The notes beneath the pieces were generated by a model. That model was given only the letters and a program-made list of their open reading frames with translations, searched no databases and was not told the DNA's origin. A program made the position numbers and the translations under genes. A stretch of DNA of 64,000 bases from an uncultured virus (IMG/VR IMGVR_UViG_3300031555_006012) (taxonomy: Duplodnaviria; Heunggongvirae; Uroviricota; Caudoviricetes): IMG/VR virus record IMGVR_UViG_3300031555_006012; one strand, 5' to 3'. Position 1 is the stretch's first letter; each line of letters starts with the position of its first letter. Below, piece after piece: positions 27,030-37,932 of this stretch.

Positions 27030-28133
27030 TTAGCTGTATAAATCCCAACTGCTCCCGTTGTCCACATAAGGGGCATACAGATCCCAACTGGAGCCGTTGT
27101 CGATATAGATTTGGTAACCCTCATAAGCAGAGCCGCTATCGATATACACCAGACCAAGCGACCCCCAAATGGCGTAGAGGGTCACATTGCTGCTAGGGGT
27201 ATAGCTTCCGGTCGTGCCGGAGGATGCAGTGCTGCTTGTAGCCCAGCCCAGAAACTCATAGCCACTCCGGGTGGGCGTCGGTAGCGCCACCGCTGCTGTG
27301 GTTGTAGACGAGGTATAAATGGCATACAGATACAACGCAGCGTTGGTGGAATAGGTGGCACCGGAATTATAACTGGTGCCAGTACCGCTGGAATTGGTGT
27401 TCCACTTACTGAAGGTATACTTAGTTGTTCTCGCCGCTGACAAGGAACTGCTGCTACAGGTTCCTCCGTTGGCATTCAGCGTTACCGTATATGATCCAGC
27501 AGAGGCATTGCTCTTGGTCGGCTTCGTGGTGCTGATAGTCGTGGACACACCATAGGTCTTGTAATGGGTACTGGGAGCGCCAGTGCCGCCATTGGCGTTA
27601 TACTGGATCGCATAGGTTTTTGTGGCATAGGTGATGGAAGATGAACCATTCCAGGAATTGTTCATACCAAAAATATGGCTGGTACTTTTGGTATACAAAA
27701 ACAGATAATACGAAGTATTCTTGCTGAACGAACCTGAAAAAGTCATGGTCACCGTTGTAGGTGAGGTAGAACTTGTAGAAATGCCAGTTTTACTTGCTTC
27801 ACTACCGATTGCATTTGTCCGAAAGTCGCTGTAGGTATCACTGGAGTCGCTGTCTGTATAAGTGGTACGGAGACTGCCATATAAGGCACCAGTGGTAGTT
27901 CCTCGGCTATAGGCTTCAAATGTGACAGACAAAGCGGAGATGCTGCCAACTTTGGTGTCATTTGGGGTAGTGACCTTAATGATGACACCATACTTGTTAT
28001 TGCCGCTGGGGTCAGATATGGACACATTAATGCCGGTACTACTACCATCTGCCTTCCATGTACCGTCTGAGGGGTACCATATTTTGTTGGCTCTCGCTCT
28101 CCAACCAATTACACTAGCATTCATTGTTGCCAT
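27030..28133 (-). CDS. Tail-tip/receptor-binding protein with InlB B-repeat-like units
   Basis: YNANGG, PTRSGYEFLGW, VTLYAIW; S/T-rich. Confidence 0.75.
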   Translation of the reverse strand: MATMNASVIGWRARANKIWYPSDGTWKADGSSTGINVSISDPSGNNKYGVIIKVTTPNDTKVGSISALSVTFEAYSRGTTTGALYGSLRTTYTDSDSSDTYSDFRTNAIGSEASKTGISTSSTSPTTVTMTFSGSFSKNTSYYLFLYTKSTSHIFGMNNSWNGSSSITYATKTYAIQYNANGGTGAPSTHYKTYGVSTTISTTKPTKSNASAGSYTVTLNANGGTCSSSSLSAARTTKYTFSKWNTNSSGTGTSYNSGATYSTNAALYLYAIYTSSTTTAAVALPTPTRSGYEFLGWATSSTASSGTTGSYTPSSNVTLYAIWGSLGLVYIDSGSAYEGYQIYIDNGSSWDLYAPYVDNGSSWDLYS

Positions 28134-28136
28134 GGC

Positions 28137-29054
28137 TTACACCTTCTTAAAGAAAATTCGGCCTTTTGTACCCGCCGTAGGCAGCGATGTGCCGTACTGG
28201 TTTGCGCTCAGTACCGTATAACCTGCCGCCAGAAGATTAGCAAGGCCAGTGGCACCGTTGGACGAGCCTGTGCCGCCTTTGGCTATGGTCACTGCTGCGT
28301 CAGCGATCTTTGCTGTGGTGACCGCAGCAGAGGCAATCTTTGCCGTAGTCACATTAGCGTCAGCGATTTTAACTGTGGTAACCGCTCCGCTGCCGATCTT
28401 TGCTGCGATCACTGCGGCATCCGCAATTTTAGCGGAGGTCACATTGGCATCCGCGATCTTTGCCGTGGTTACTGCGCCGTCCGCCAGTTTTTCTGTGGTG
28501 ACCGCTGCGGATGCGATCTTGCCGGAGGTCACAGCATTGCTGGCGATCTTTCCGGTGATCACGCAGGCGCTATCCAGATGGTCACTGCGGATCAAAGGAA
28601 GGTAAACCTCAGATGCAGCTGCCGTGGACACGATGGACGCAATTCCGGCGCTGCCCAGCGTCATCGTACAGAACACGAATTCATACTGGGTGCCCGAGCC
28701 GTTGATGTCCTCCTGGGTCAGCGTGGAGAATGCCGCCTCAGAGGAAGCGTACTGCACCACGAAATCTGCCTGTTCAAAAGTGTCTGTGGTCGCCACCTGG
28801 GTGAAGTCCAGCGTTAGTACGACTCTGGCATAACCGCTGGTGCCGCCGTCCACAGTGACCGTGGTGTTGGAGGTCAGCTTCATTTGTCTGCCTGCGGCGA
28901 TAAAATAGCCGGGGGCAATGGTCAGTGAGGTACCACTGAAAGACACCGAGCAGCCGCTCATAATACCGTCCGTTACCAGGCACTGAAACAGTCTGCCATG
29001 ATCCTTTGCTGTGACAGTCTGGTTGTCAAAGTTAATACCGTGAATATTGCTCAC
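28137..29054 (-). CDS. Baseplate/tail fibre protein with 10-aa repeats
   Basis: Repeated [13 protein letters not shown] units. Confidence 0.75.
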   Translation of the reverse strand: MSNIHGINFDNQTVTAKDHGRLFQCLVTDGIMSGCSVSFSGTSLTIAPGYFIAAGRQMKLTSNTTVTVDGGTSGYARVVLTLDFTQVATTDTFEQADFVVQYASSEAAFSTLTQEDINGSGTQYEFVFCTMTLGSAGIASIVSTAAASEVYLPLIRSDHLDSACVITGKIASNAVTSGKIASAAVTTEKLADGAVTTAKIADANVTSAKIADAAVIAAKIGSGAVTTVKIADANVTTAKIASAAVTTAKIADAAVTIAKGGTGSSNGATGLANLLAAGYTVLSANQYGTSLPTAGTKGRIFFKKV

Positions 29055-30016
29055 AGTTTGCCTCCTTTCAGGCGTTCTGTCAGAGTTGTAGCCAGTTCGC
29101 CGCTTTTGTAGTGGAATCTGTTGTCGGCAGAAGAAATGCCGATGTAGGAAATGTAGGAAGTCATAAGACCGCCATCCAGCCGGATCTTGGTGCTGTCATA
29201 CAGATCAAAGGCTCTTGTAGAGCGCCACTCGATCTTATGGCTGTTGGAATTTTGGGAAAAGATGTCACTGACCTGTTCGTCCATATCCATTTCGTCATCC
29301 AGAGCGACAACACGCCACTCACCATCTGCCCTGCGGATAGGGATATCTGTGGTAATGTCGCCGTCTTCTGTCAGGTAATAATCCACACCCACCCCGTTCT
29401 GGTAGGCAGTTACCTTCGCTACAGAGGATCGGCTGTAGGAGCGGGAGATTAGCTGAGATCTGCCGTCATCAAAAACGATGTTATGGGTGGGACGGGTACG
29501 CTTATAGATTTGGATCAACAGCGTGTCCTGTGATACAGAAAACTGCACCTGCACATCCCGGAGTCGGTTGACCTTTCGCATATAGGTTTTGAGGCTATAC
29601 AGGCCGTCGGTAACGGTCGGGCCAAGGAACTCAGTCACATCAGTGTTGCTGATCTGCAAGTACGGCATGGCGTAGGCATCGTCGGAAACAGCCTTATAGT
29701 GGTTTTCCAGTTCCTGCGCCAGATAATTGCCAATAGCCAACGTGCTTTCTGTATAGGGTAGCGAACGGTCAAAGACACATCGGATATCTGTAACATTGAC
29801 CACTGTCTGTTGCTGCTCCGGGGAAACTTGGTCGATGAGCCAGATATGCCCATCCATGACCAAAAAGTCTCCCTCGTTGCCCCGGCTCACCTGAGTGCCG
29901 CAGAGCGTAATGGAGCCGACATCGTCCTCTATGGATGCCAGAGGAACTTCCCAGGAGACCGCCTCTGCCGCAGCTACAGTTTTGAAGTTTTTTCTGCTTT
30001 TTACAAAGGCGATCAT
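29051..30016 (-). CDS. Tail protein (Tal/hub-like)
   Basis: Position after Dit-like gene; overlapping operon. Confidence 0.65.
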   Translation of the reverse strand: MIAFVKSRKNFKTVAAAEAVSWEVPLASIEDDVGSITLCGTQVSRGNEGDFLVMDGHIWLIDQVSPEQQQTVVNVTDIRCVFDRSLPYTESTLAIGNYLAQELENHYKAVSDDAYAMPYLQISNTDVTEFLGPTVTDGLYSLKTYMRKVNRLRDVQVQFSVSQDTLLIQIYKRTRPTHNIVFDDGRSQLISRSYSRSSVAKVTAYQNGVGVDYYLTEDGDITTDIPIRRADGEWRVVALDDEMDMDEQVSDIFSQNSNSHKIEWRSTRAFDLYDSTKIRLDGGLMTSYISYIGISSADNRFHYKSGELATTLTERLKGGKL

Positions 30017-30018
30017 GG

Positions 30019-30891
30019 TTACACACTCCGATAGTAGTAATAGACACGAACTGTGGCGGTACCTTCCACCGCTTCATCTGCGGAGAGATACAGCGTACAG
30101 TCCTCGTCAATGGGAATCCGGGGGAAGGGTTCATAAGCCAGATCCAGGCAGGACACAGCATCCGTGACCTTTCCAGTGGCATCTGTTACGGTCACATAAC
30201 TGTTGCCGTACTTGGTGGAGACCTCCAGAGTATCACCATTGTTGGTGGTCAGCGTCAAAGCACAGGTACCGTAGACCTTGCCGGAGTCCGTACCCTGAAG
30301 GATCAGTTTGGGGTTGATGATTGCCCCAGTGTAGGTGAAAACAAACGCAGCCGGAATATGACCCTCCGCGCTGACATCCGCTGCCATACTGCCTGCATTG
30401 GAGGAACTGTAAATCAGACTCTCGTCATAGCAGAAGGAATATCTCAAAACGCTGCCCTCTTCGGAGGACATGGTCATCCGGGAGGGTGTTGCTGTATACC
30501 AGGGCGTTGTGCAGGCCATGGAGGTCGGCACTGACAGCCAGCGTGTATCTGTCAGTTCGGTCTTGGTCAGATAGTTCAGCTGAATGCCCCGGAAGAACTC
30601 CTTGGTGCCGTAGGGTTTATACACCAGGAACAGTTCTTCCGAGGCTGTACACCAATCCACAAACTCACGGTAATCTTCGTAGGCATTCCTGCCAATGAAC
30701 ACCAGGTCGCAGGCGACCGTCGTTTGAGGCTCCGACTCACCGCTGACCATGCGAAAGAAACCTTTATGCAGATCTGCAAAGGAGGGCGACAAAGAAAGCC
30801 CCAGACCTGTGGGATTGGAAAGGAAAATGCCAGACTCACCATTCAAGGCTCGTCTGACACCCAGGCCGTTTTCCATATAAAACTTTCTCAT
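30019..30891 (-). CDS. Distal tail (Dit-like) protein
   Basis: Immediately after tape measure. Confidence 0.7.
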   Translation of the reverse strand: MRKFYMENGLGVRRALNGESGIFLSNPTGLGLSLSPSFADLHKGFFRMVSGESEPQTTVACDLVFIGRNAYEDYREFVDWCTASEELFLVYKPYGTKEFFRGIQLNYLTKTELTDTRWLSVPTSMACTTPWYTATPSRMTMSSEEGSVLRYSFCYDESLIYSSSNAGSMAADVSAEGHIPAAFVFTYTGAIINPKLILQGTDSGKVYGTCALTLTTNNGDTLEVSTKYGNSYVTVTDATGKVTDAVSCLDLAYEPFPRIPIDEDCTLYLSADEAVEGTATVRVYYYYRSV

Positions 30892-33356
30892 ATTGCCGCC
30901 CCCAGTCTTGCATTGAATTTCACGAACAGGTAGTCGATGGTCGCCTCATCCAGCGTCTGCGGATAGATGTTGATAACGGTCTGTGCTGCTGTGGTACCGG
31001 GGATGCCGTTGGTGCCGATGCTGCCGTTCACATCGATCTGCGAAGGCAGGCTTGTAGACAGATCCGCAGCCAGACCATGCATAACATCATTGATATCCCC
31101 GGCCATAGCTTCAGCTGCTCTCACAGCATCATCGCCATTGTCCTCAATGGAGCCGGACAGGCCCTTCACCAGCATTTCGCCCACCCAAGCCATTTCACGG
31201 GATGGACTTCGGATACCGAAGAAATTGCAGATCCCATCCCAAATAGAACTGATCCAGGCGGACACCTTGTTCCATAACCATCCAGCAAGGGACTGGATAC
31301 CAGACCACAGGCCTCGAACCAGGTTCTGACCCACACTGCTCATTTGGGATACACCTTCACCAAACGCAGATACCAGTGCTGCAATGATCTGTGGGACCGC
31401 CTTGACGATCTCCACGATGATCTTGGGCAAATTGGAGATCAGGGCGATGAAGAGTTTTACACCAGCTGCAATGATCAGTCCCACATTGGCGGCGAAGGTA
31501 TTGACCAGCTCACCGACGATTTGCGGAACCGCCGTTACGATGATGCTGATGATCTGGGGCAGATTCTCGATAAGAGAAATCAGCAGTTCCACACCAGTGT
31601 CGATGATATCCGGGATGGAGTTCAGTAGATTAGTCACCAGACTGTCGATGATTTTGGGGATAGCCGTCAGGATCGTGGTAATAATCTGAGGTAGGGCTGT
31701 GATCAGTGAGGTCAGCAGCTGAATGCCTGTCTGGATGATCTGCGGAATGGAATCGATAATGAAATCAATAATGGAGTCGATGATCTCCGGCATAGCTTCG
31801 ATGATGACCGGGATGGAATTGAGCAGACCCTCTGCAAGCCCGGTGATGAGTTGCAGGGCTGCGTCCAGGACGAGGGGCAAGCTGTCCACCAGACCCTGTA
31901 CGATGGTGACTACCGCCTCCACCGCTGCCGGGATGAGTTCCGGCAAAGCCGAACCAAGACCGGAAGCCAAAGAGGTGATCAGCTGCAAAGCCGCATCAGC
32001 CAGCAGAGCCACATTCTCTACCAAAGCGTTGACGATGGTCATGACTGCTTCTACTGCCACAGGGATCAGCTGCGGTAACAGCGACATGAGCATCGAAAGC
32101 ACCTGGGTGAAAAGATCCGTAACCACAGTCATAAGGGTGGGAACCAGATCTGCCACGGCAGACAAAATGCCCCCCAAAGCTGTAGGTAGGGCGGCGATCA
32201 CATTTTCGATGATCGGCACCACATTCGTCACCACAGCCTGGAAGGCATCGACTACATTTTGGGTTAGATTGACCATATCAGCATCGGCATTGCCCAGGCC
32301 AGCTGTAAAAGAGCCAACCGCCGCTTCCAGCAGGCCAAGGGAGCCGCTTATGGTCTGAGTTGCTTCTTTGGCAAAATTACCTGCGTATTGCTCGGTATTT
32401 TCCAGGAACATCATCATGGCCATTTCGGCCTTCTCAGCCTGGGATGCCTTGTTCCAACAGAAGTCAAAGCCCTTTCCCAGGGCGTAGGCTTCAATGTTGG
32501 TGGCGTTCATGGCCACGCCAAGGTTATCCATCATGGTGAAGTTGCCCTTGGCGGCACCTGCGACGGACTCCATAGCCATGGACATATCAATGCCCATAAC
32601 GGATGCCATGTCTGCCGCTCTCTGCATGGCCTGAGTGGTCAGATCCAGACTTTTCTGCTGATCCAGACCACTGCCCTGGAACAGAGCGCCCATCTTATTG
32701 GCGGTTGCCAGATATTCACTCTGGGACAGGCCAAGGTTACGGTAGGCATCTTCGCCTGCCTTCTGGATTTCTGCTGCATAGTCACCAAAGACGGCAACCG
32801 AGCCGCCCAGGTTCTGTTCCAGCTCACCGAACTGCTGTACGACTTCCGTACCCAGCTTGATGGCGGCAGCACCAGCGGCAACCACAACAGTACCCATGGC
32901 GGTGCCGACTGTTTTCAGGACCGTACCCAGGCTCTTGAACTTGTCGCTGGACTTTTCTGCTGCATCGGCGGACTCTTCCAGTTCTTTGCCAAGGTCATCT
33001 GCTTCGTCTGTGGTCTGAGCCATTTCTCGCTCCATATCATTCAGAGCAGCCTCGGCATTATTCAGCTGGATCTGCCACTGCTGGGTACGGCGATCATTCT
33101 CACCGAAGGACTCCGTGGCATTTTGCAGCGCCTTACGCAGCATTTCGATTTTTTCCTTCTGCTGATCGATCTCCTTTGCAAGCACCTTGTGCTTTGCTGC
33201 CAGAGCCTCGGTAGAAGAATCATTTTTATCAAACTGGGAGGAGACCAGCTTCATTTCGGAACCCAGAACCTTGAAGGACTGGTTGATCTCAGAGAGGGCT
33301 TTCTTAAACTCCTTCTCACCCTCCAGACCAATTTTTAAGCCGAAGGTATCAGCCAC
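30888..33356 (-). CDS. Tape measure protein
   Basis: FGLKIGLEGEKEFK start, coiled coil, LP.II amphipathic repeats, FFGIRSPS. Confidence 0.93.
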   Translation of the reverse strand: MADTFGLKIGLEGEKEFKKALSEINQSFKVLGSEMKLVSSQFDKNDSSTEALAAKHKVLAKEIDQQKEKIEMLRKALQNATESFGENDRRTQQWQIQLNNAEAALNDMEREMAQTTDEADDLGKELEESADAAEKSSDKFKSLGTVLKTVGTAMGTVVVAAGAAAIKLGTEVVQQFGELEQNLGGSVAVFGDYAAEIQKAGEDAYRNLGLSQSEYLATANKMGALFQGSGLDQQKSLDLTTQAMQRAADMASVMGIDMSMAMESVAGAAKGNFTMMDNLGVAMNATNIEAYALGKGFDFCWNKASQAEKAEMAMMMFLENTEQYAGNFAKEATQTISGSLGLLEAAVGSFTAGLGNADADMVNLTQNVVDAFQAVVTNVVPIIENVIAALPTALGGILSAVADLVPTLMTVVTDLFTQVLSMLMSLLPQLIPVAVEAVMTIVNALVENVALLADAALQLITSLASGLGSALPELIPAAVEAVVTIVQGLVDSLPLVLDAALQLITGLAEGLLNSIPVIIEAMPEIIDSIIDFIIDSIPQIIQTGIQLLTSLITALPQIITTILTAIPKIIDSLVTNLLNSIPDIIDTGVELLISLIENLPQIISIIVTAVPQIVGELVNTFAANVGLIIAAGVKLFIALISNLPKIIVEIVKAVPQIIAALVSAFGEGVSQMSSVGQNLVRGLWSGIQSLAGWLWNKVSAWISSIWDGICNFFGIRSPSREMAWVGEMLVKGLSGSIEDNGDDAVRAAEAMAGDINDVMHGLAADLSTSLPSQIDVNGSIGTNGIPGTTAAQTVINIYPQTLDEATIDYLFVKFNARLGAAI

Positions 33357-33371
33357 GCTGCCACCTCCTTC

Positions 33372-33581
33372 TTAGATGCCGGGTGGGATGATCTCGTCAA
33401 TAAAGACCTCCCGTTTGGGCTTTGCGATACCGTTATATTGCTTATGGCACTCCCAGAGATCCAGGAGCAAGCCAAACGGCATCAACCAAACCTCATCCCA
33501 GGATAGATGAAGCTGGCCGATGCCGTAATAAAGAAGTCGAGTAAATAACTCTCCGTCACTTACTCGACTACCGCGTTTTTT
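33372..33581 (-). CDS. Tail assembly chaperone, -1 frameshift extension (gpT-like)
   Basis: In the -1 frame after A AAA AAC; EVWLMP.GLLLDLW motif. Confidence 0.8.
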   Translation of the reverse strand, partial: KKRGSRVSDGELFTRLLYYGIGQLHLSWDEVWLMPFGLLLDLWECHKQYNGIAKPKREVFIDEIIPPGI

Positions 33582-33943
33582 GTGTCTGCCTCGCTTTCGA
33601 TGTTCCGCTTCGTACCCTTCAGCAGACATTCCGTGATGGCATTCTTGAAGTCACCCAGCTCCACAGGGGTGGTCAGCAACTCCACCATTTCCTCCGTTAG
33701 CAGGGGACGGCGGGAGTCGGGATTCCTGAGGTTGTGAATCAGAAGGCTCTGATTTGCCAGCAGAGTGATGAGCCAGACGATTTCGGAGATCGCCAGTTCG
33801 AAGTTCTCAGACTTCATCAGCTTATCGCCCAAGTTCTCCAGCCCCCCATACCGGGCGGCGATATCTTTTGTGGCCTTGGTGGTGAGAATAAGGGCATACT
33901 CTTCGCCGCCGATAGTGATCACGGCACTACGCTCCATATCCAT
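33560..33943 (-). CDS. Tail assembly chaperone (gpG-like)
   Basis: Between major tail and tape measure; ends TKNAVVE. Confidence 0.85.
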   Translation of the reverse strand: MDMERSAVITIGGEEYALILTTKATKDIAARYGGLENLGDKLMKSENFELAISEIVWLITLLANQSLLIHNLRNPDSRRPLLTEEMVELLTTPVELGDFKNAITECLLKGTKRNIESEADTKNAVVE

Positions 33944-33957
33944 GAATCAGATCCTCC

Positions 33958-34560
33958 TTAAGCATCAGTGGGTGCGGCTGCACCATAGGTGGGTTCGTAC
34001 ACTTCGTTATACCAGTTGGTGATAACGGTGGCAGTGACATCAGCGTCACCCTCGGTTACTTCTGCCTTCCAGGGGTGCTTGCCGGAGTCATCAGGCTTGG
34101 TTCGCCGCATAATCGTACCTTCGATGGTGGGTGTGGAGAAGGTGATGCTGTCACCCTTGGTAGCCAATGCGGTGCCGGGGATACCGAACTTCACCTTATA
34201 CAGCCAGAAATACTTGTACTTGCCGTTGGCCTTCTTTGCCCGGAAGCCAATAGCCACGGGAGTACCACCATCCTCACTGCAATAGACCACAACACCGTTG
34301 CTGTCGATGGTGGAACCGCTGAGAACAGATGCGACGGTAGCGCCCAGATCATCCACACCCAGAGAAAGGGTGCCGTTCTTGAACTCCTTGACCACTTCCG
34401 CTGCGCCATCGTCTGCGTACAAAGTGGCTTCTGCCAGTTCCACGGACAGATCTGCGCTCATAGCCTTTGCCAGCTGAACAGGGGTACCATAGGTCTCATT
34501 GCCTTCCGCGTCCTCAGTAATGGACGCATAATACAGTTTATCCAGACCAATTGTTGCCAT
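33958..34560 (-). CDS. Major tail protein (phi13-like)
   Basis: IGLDKLYYA, LYADDG, VAIGFRA, WLYKVKF. Confidence 0.9.
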   Translation of the reverse strand: MATIGLDKLYYASITEDAEGNETYGTPVQLAKAMSADLSVELAEATLYADDGAAEVVKEFKNGTLSLGVDDLGATVASVLSGSTIDSNGVVVYCSEDGGTPVAIGFRAKKANGKYKYFWLYKVKFGIPGTALATKGDSITFSTPTIEGTIMRRTKPDDSGKHPWKAEVTEGDADVTATVITNWYNEVYEPTYGAAAPTDA

Positions 34561-34563
34561 AGG

Positions 34564-34905
34564 TCATTCCTCCATTTCATAAAATTTAGCCACATCAATG
34601 GCATAATTGTGATAGCCGGAATCGTCCTCATGGCCGATATACCGACGATCTGTAATGGTGATGTCCGCAGCCAAGCAGGCCCGGACCAGGGTGTTTTTCC
34701 ACTTGGTGTAGCTGCCTTTTGTGAAAAGAGACAGGCGTACCTCCTGGATCTCCATACCCGGCGTGTTATCCGCATGGAGGTCAAAGGTGTCCACCAAGGG
34801 AGTGAGAACCAGGTATTCGGATGGGGGTGTGTCTTTGAACACACCAGTTTCAACTGCGATGCCGCTTGTTTTGGCGATCGCATTCAGCTCAGACAAAAGG
34901 CTCAC
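34564..34905 (-). CDS. Tail terminator/completion protein
   Basis: Synteny; DSGYHNYAID. Confidence 0.7.
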   Translation of the reverse strand: MSLLSELNAIAKTSGIAVETGVFKDTPPSEYLVLTPLVDTFDLHADNTPGMEIQEVRLSLFTKGSYTKWKNTLVRACLAADITITDRRYIGHEDDSGYHNYAIDVAKFYEMEE

Positions 34906-35333
34906 AGCTTTGCAACCTCCTCTTCAAAGGTCTGCTCCATAACCCGCATGCACTCTGCGCGAGCAGCGGTCTTAGCGGGTTTTAGGAAAGGCCGAGCGGG
35001 CTGGCCGTGTTTCCCGTATTCGATAAGGTTTGCCAGCATGGCGTTGCTGCCCCCGTCTGACCGAGGTTCGGCGAAGCCAACTTTGATGTTGTGGTTGCCG
35101 TTTTTGTCGGCCTTTGTTGGGGACAGGCCAAGTGCGCCTTCCAGTTCACCAGTGGACCGGGATTTGTACTTGGTGTTTTTACCGACCACAGAGGCCAGAT
35201 TGCTTCTCACCTTTTCCAGTACAACTTTGCCACCAGCCTCCAAAACCTTCTCGGTAATTGTGTCGGTGTTGCTCCCCAGTTTAGAGAGCTTCAGAAGAAA
35301 CTCTTCTGGCATTTTTACATCGACTTTAGCCAC
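34902..35333 (-). CDS. HK97 gp10-like protein
   Basis: TGEL, EYG..GQPARPFLKPA. Confidence 0.85.
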   Translation of the reverse strand: MAKVDVKMPEEFLLKLSKLGSNTDTITEKVLEAGGKVVLEKVRSNLASVVGKNTKYKSRSTGELEGALGLSPTKADKNGNHNIKVGFAEPRSDGGSNAMLANLIEYGKHGQPARPFLKPAKTAARAECMRVMEQTFEEEVAKL

Positions 35334-35658
35334 TGGGCTTCACCTCCCGGGCAAGCACCTCGATATACATACCGCGGCCTTTCACATCTTCAATGCTGGT
35401 GATCTCAAAGCGATGGCCATCGCAGAGAATAACCATTGCAGTTGTAACTGTGGTATGCGGAATCGCACGGAAGCGGAAAAGGTCTGTAGCATCGGTGAAG
35501 GATGCACGATTGGCCCATTTCTCGCTGCCATGCCGCCCTTCGCGATAAGCGCGGACAGTTGCGACGGTGAAGTATTCCTCAGTACAGAAGCCTTCATCGT
35601 CAGAAACGGTTCGCATCTCCTGAATGTCGATAAAAGAATTCATATTCCCCAGGGACAT
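35326..35658 (-). CDS. Head closure/head-tail adaptor
   Basis: Synteny; FRFR...M.I...G.RFEI.SI. Confidence 0.8.
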   Translation of the reverse strand: MSLGNMNSFIDIQEMRTVSDDEGFCTEEYFTVATVRAYREGRHGSEKWANRASFTDATDLFRFRAIPHTTVTTAMVILCDGHRFEITSIEDVKGRGMYIEVLAREVKPSG

Positions 35659-35661
35659 ACA

Positions 35662-35976
35662 TTACACCTTCCATTCTCTGTCAAGACGGAGCAGCAGGTT
35701 AACGGTATTCCATACCTGCTGTCCGGCTTGGACATTATCGGCGAAAAAGCCGCCAGTGCTGCCATCCCGGGACTCGTAGAAATGGGATGACAGCATGATG
35801 ATGGCCTGTTCGGTAGTAGGCGGCATAGGAATTACCTGGTAGGTCCCCGCAGGGATGTGCTGGTAGCTTTCAGCATAGGAGATGGCGGCGGTGATATAAA
35901 TTCCCAGCAGGTCATCATCCTCGGAATGCTCCAGGATAAGGTTCTGTTTGACTTTCGTCAAAAGTTCACTCAACAT
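35662..35976 (-). CDS. Head-tail connector (gp6-like)
   Basis: VKQNL.LEH.EDD.LL..YI.AA; HFYESR. Confidence 0.88.
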   Translation of the reverse strand: MLSELLTKVKQNLILEHSEDDDLLGIYITAAISYAESYQHIPAGTYQVIPMPPTTEQAIIMLSSHFYESRDGSTGGFFADNVQAGQQVWNTVNLLLRLDREWKV

Positions 35977-35995
35977 CGCCGCCGCCCCCTTTCAC

Positions 35996-37192
35996 TTAGC
36001 CAGCCTTCATCTGGAGGCACTTGATGGCCTCGGGCAGAATCAGCTTGCCATCGACACGCTTGGTAGCCAGGAAGCCGACCTGGCCAGTGTCGGCGTAACG
36101 CTCGTTCAGGCGACGGAAGGAAATACCAGTTCGGTCGCCAATCCAGTAGTAGGAGAAGTCGCCGAACAGGATGGGCTTGGAGCCAGCAGCGACTTCAGGA
36201 GCGAAGGGAGAGTGGAAGATGGGCTTGCCCAGCAGGGTCTCGTGATCGCCCTCGTGGATAGCCTTCTGCCACAGATACTGGCCAGTGGTGTCCTTCAGCT
36301 TGCGAATGTACTTCATGGTGGCGTCGTTCATGACCCACACTGCGTTGGTGCGGTAAGGTGCGGGCAGAGAGTAGAACAGGTCGATCAGCTCGTCTGCGGT
36401 AATGGCGGTGGCAGACGCGGCGGTCACACCAACCTCGGCAGCGCCATCAGCCAGGATACCAGTGGGCTTACCAGAACCGTCGCCGATCAGGAATGCCTCT
36501 TCCTCCTTGTTACCGATGCGGCGGGAGAACTCGTCGATGAAATACTTCTCCAGGTCGAAGGCAGAGTCGTGCAGCAGCTCCTCGGAGACCTTGATCAGAG
36601 TGCCGACCTTGTGTGCGCCGATGTACTGCTGGCCGAAGACGTCATCGCCCTCGGGAATGGGACCTTCCTCCTCAACCCAAGATGCGGTACCGCGAGTGGC
36701 AACAACAGGGATCTTGTGCTGGCCGGAAGAGGTGTTAATGACCTTAGCCAGGGAACGGATAACATTCTTAGCGGTCAGGCCGACAACCAGCTCATTCTCG
36801 AAGGTATCGGGACACAGGTAGCCGCCTTCGGTGTCCACGCCAACCTGGAGAGCATTGCGGACTTCGTAGGTGCTACGGTCACGGACCTGCTGCCAGAAAG
36901 CAGACTTGTAGTTGTCGGATGCACGACCAACCTTGGTGTCGGTCTTGGCAGCCTCGGGCTTGCCAGTGATGGGGGTGGAAGTGGGAGCGTTCAGCTCACG
37001 GTCCATGGCCTCCTGGCGCTCCAGCTGCTTGATGGCGGTACCCAGGTCGACGACTTCCTTCTCCATGGCTTCGTAGGTGGCGGTGTCCTCGGGGGACATG
37101 ATGCCGGACTCATTGCGGTGGGATTCCAGGAAGGTCTTGGCCTTGGCCCAGGTGGTGTTGCGCTTCTCGCGCAGTTCGGTAATCTTACTCAT
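35996..37192 (-). CDS. Major capsid protein (HK97 fold)
   Basis: GGYLCP, VSEELL.DS, GDGSGKP.GI, FGDFSYY, RVDGKL. Confidence 0.96.
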   Translation of the reverse strand: MSKITELREKRNTTWAKAKTFLESHRNESGIMSPEDTATYEAMEKEVVDLGTAIKQLERQEAMDRELNAPTSTPITGKPEAAKTDTKVGRASDNYKSAFWQQVRDRSTYEVRNALQVGVDTEGGYLCPDTFENELVVGLTAKNVIRSLAKVINTSSGQHKIPVVATRGTASWVEEEGPIPEGDDVFGQQYIGAHKVGTLIKVSEELLHDSAFDLEKYFIDEFSRRIGNKEEEAFLIGDGSGKPTGILADGAAEVGVTAASATAITADELIDLFYSLPAPYRTNAVWVMNDATMKYIRKLKDTTGQYLWQKAIHEGDHETLLGKPIFHSPFAPEVAAGSKPILFGDFSYYWIGDRTGISFRRLNERYADTGQVGFLATKRVDGKLILPEAIKCLQMKAG

Positions 37193-37206
37193 AGTTGATT
37201 TCCTCC

Positions 37207-37932
37207 TTAAGGTTTGATGAGATTCAGTCTCTTTTCGAGATCTGCGATGGGAGTGCCTGCGGGCTGGGCAGGCGGGTTAACGGGTTCAGTAGTCTGCTGG
37301 GGAGTGGCTTTGCGGGACACCTTGGACAGCAGAGAGTTGGTCACAGCTCTGCGGCTGAAGGTGAAACTGTTCTCCACACCAGCGGGCTCTTCCTCAGACT
37401 TGAACAGCAGCTCGTCCGCAAAACCCAGCTCCATGGCCTTCTTTGCGTTCATCCAGGTTTCTGCGTCCATGAGGTGGGACAGCTTGGCGCGGGACAGACC
37501 AGTTTTGATTTCGTAGGCGTTGATGATGCTTTCCTTCACTTCAGAGAGCATATCAATGGCCTTCTGCATTTCGGCGGTGTCGCCGATCGCAACGGTCAAG
37601 GGGTTATGGATCATCATCAGGGCGGTGGGAGACATCATAACCTTCGTGCCAGCCATGGCGATAACGGAAGCAGCGGAGGCTGCGATGCCGTCGATCTTGA
37701 CCGTCACATTGCCGGGGTAATCCATAAGCATGTTGTAAATCTGAGCAGCGGCAACACAGTCACCACCGGGGCTGTTAATCCAAACAACAATGTCACCCTT
37801 TCCGGCTTCCAGTTCAGACCTGAATGCCTTGGGGGTGACATCGTCATCGAACCAACTCTCGTCGGCGATCGACCCACACAGATGCAGGGTACGAACTTCG
37901 CCGTCCTCAGTAAAGTTCCAGAACTTATTCAC
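37207..37932 (-). CDS. ClpP-type prohead protease
   Basis: INSPGGD, IAASAAS, MMIHNP, ETWM.A..A.ELGFAD. Confidence 0.95.
   Translation of the reverse strand: MNKFWNFTEDGEVRTLHLCGSIADESWFDDDVTPKAFRSELEAGKGDIVVWINSPGGDCVAAAQIYNMLMDYPGNVTVKIDGIAASAASVIAMAGTKVMMSPTALMMIHNPLTVAIGDTAEMQKAIDMLSEVKESIINAYEIKTGLSRAKLSHLMDAETWMNAKKAMELGFADELLFKSEEEPAGVENSFTFSRRAVTNSLLSKVSRKATPQQTTEPVNPPAQPAGTPIADLEKRLNLIKP

Noticed and set aside
27030..29054. Diversity-generating retroelement or invertible tail-fibre system
   Set aside because: No reverse transcriptase, template/variable repeat pair or inverted fibre cassette seen; the repeats are protein-level
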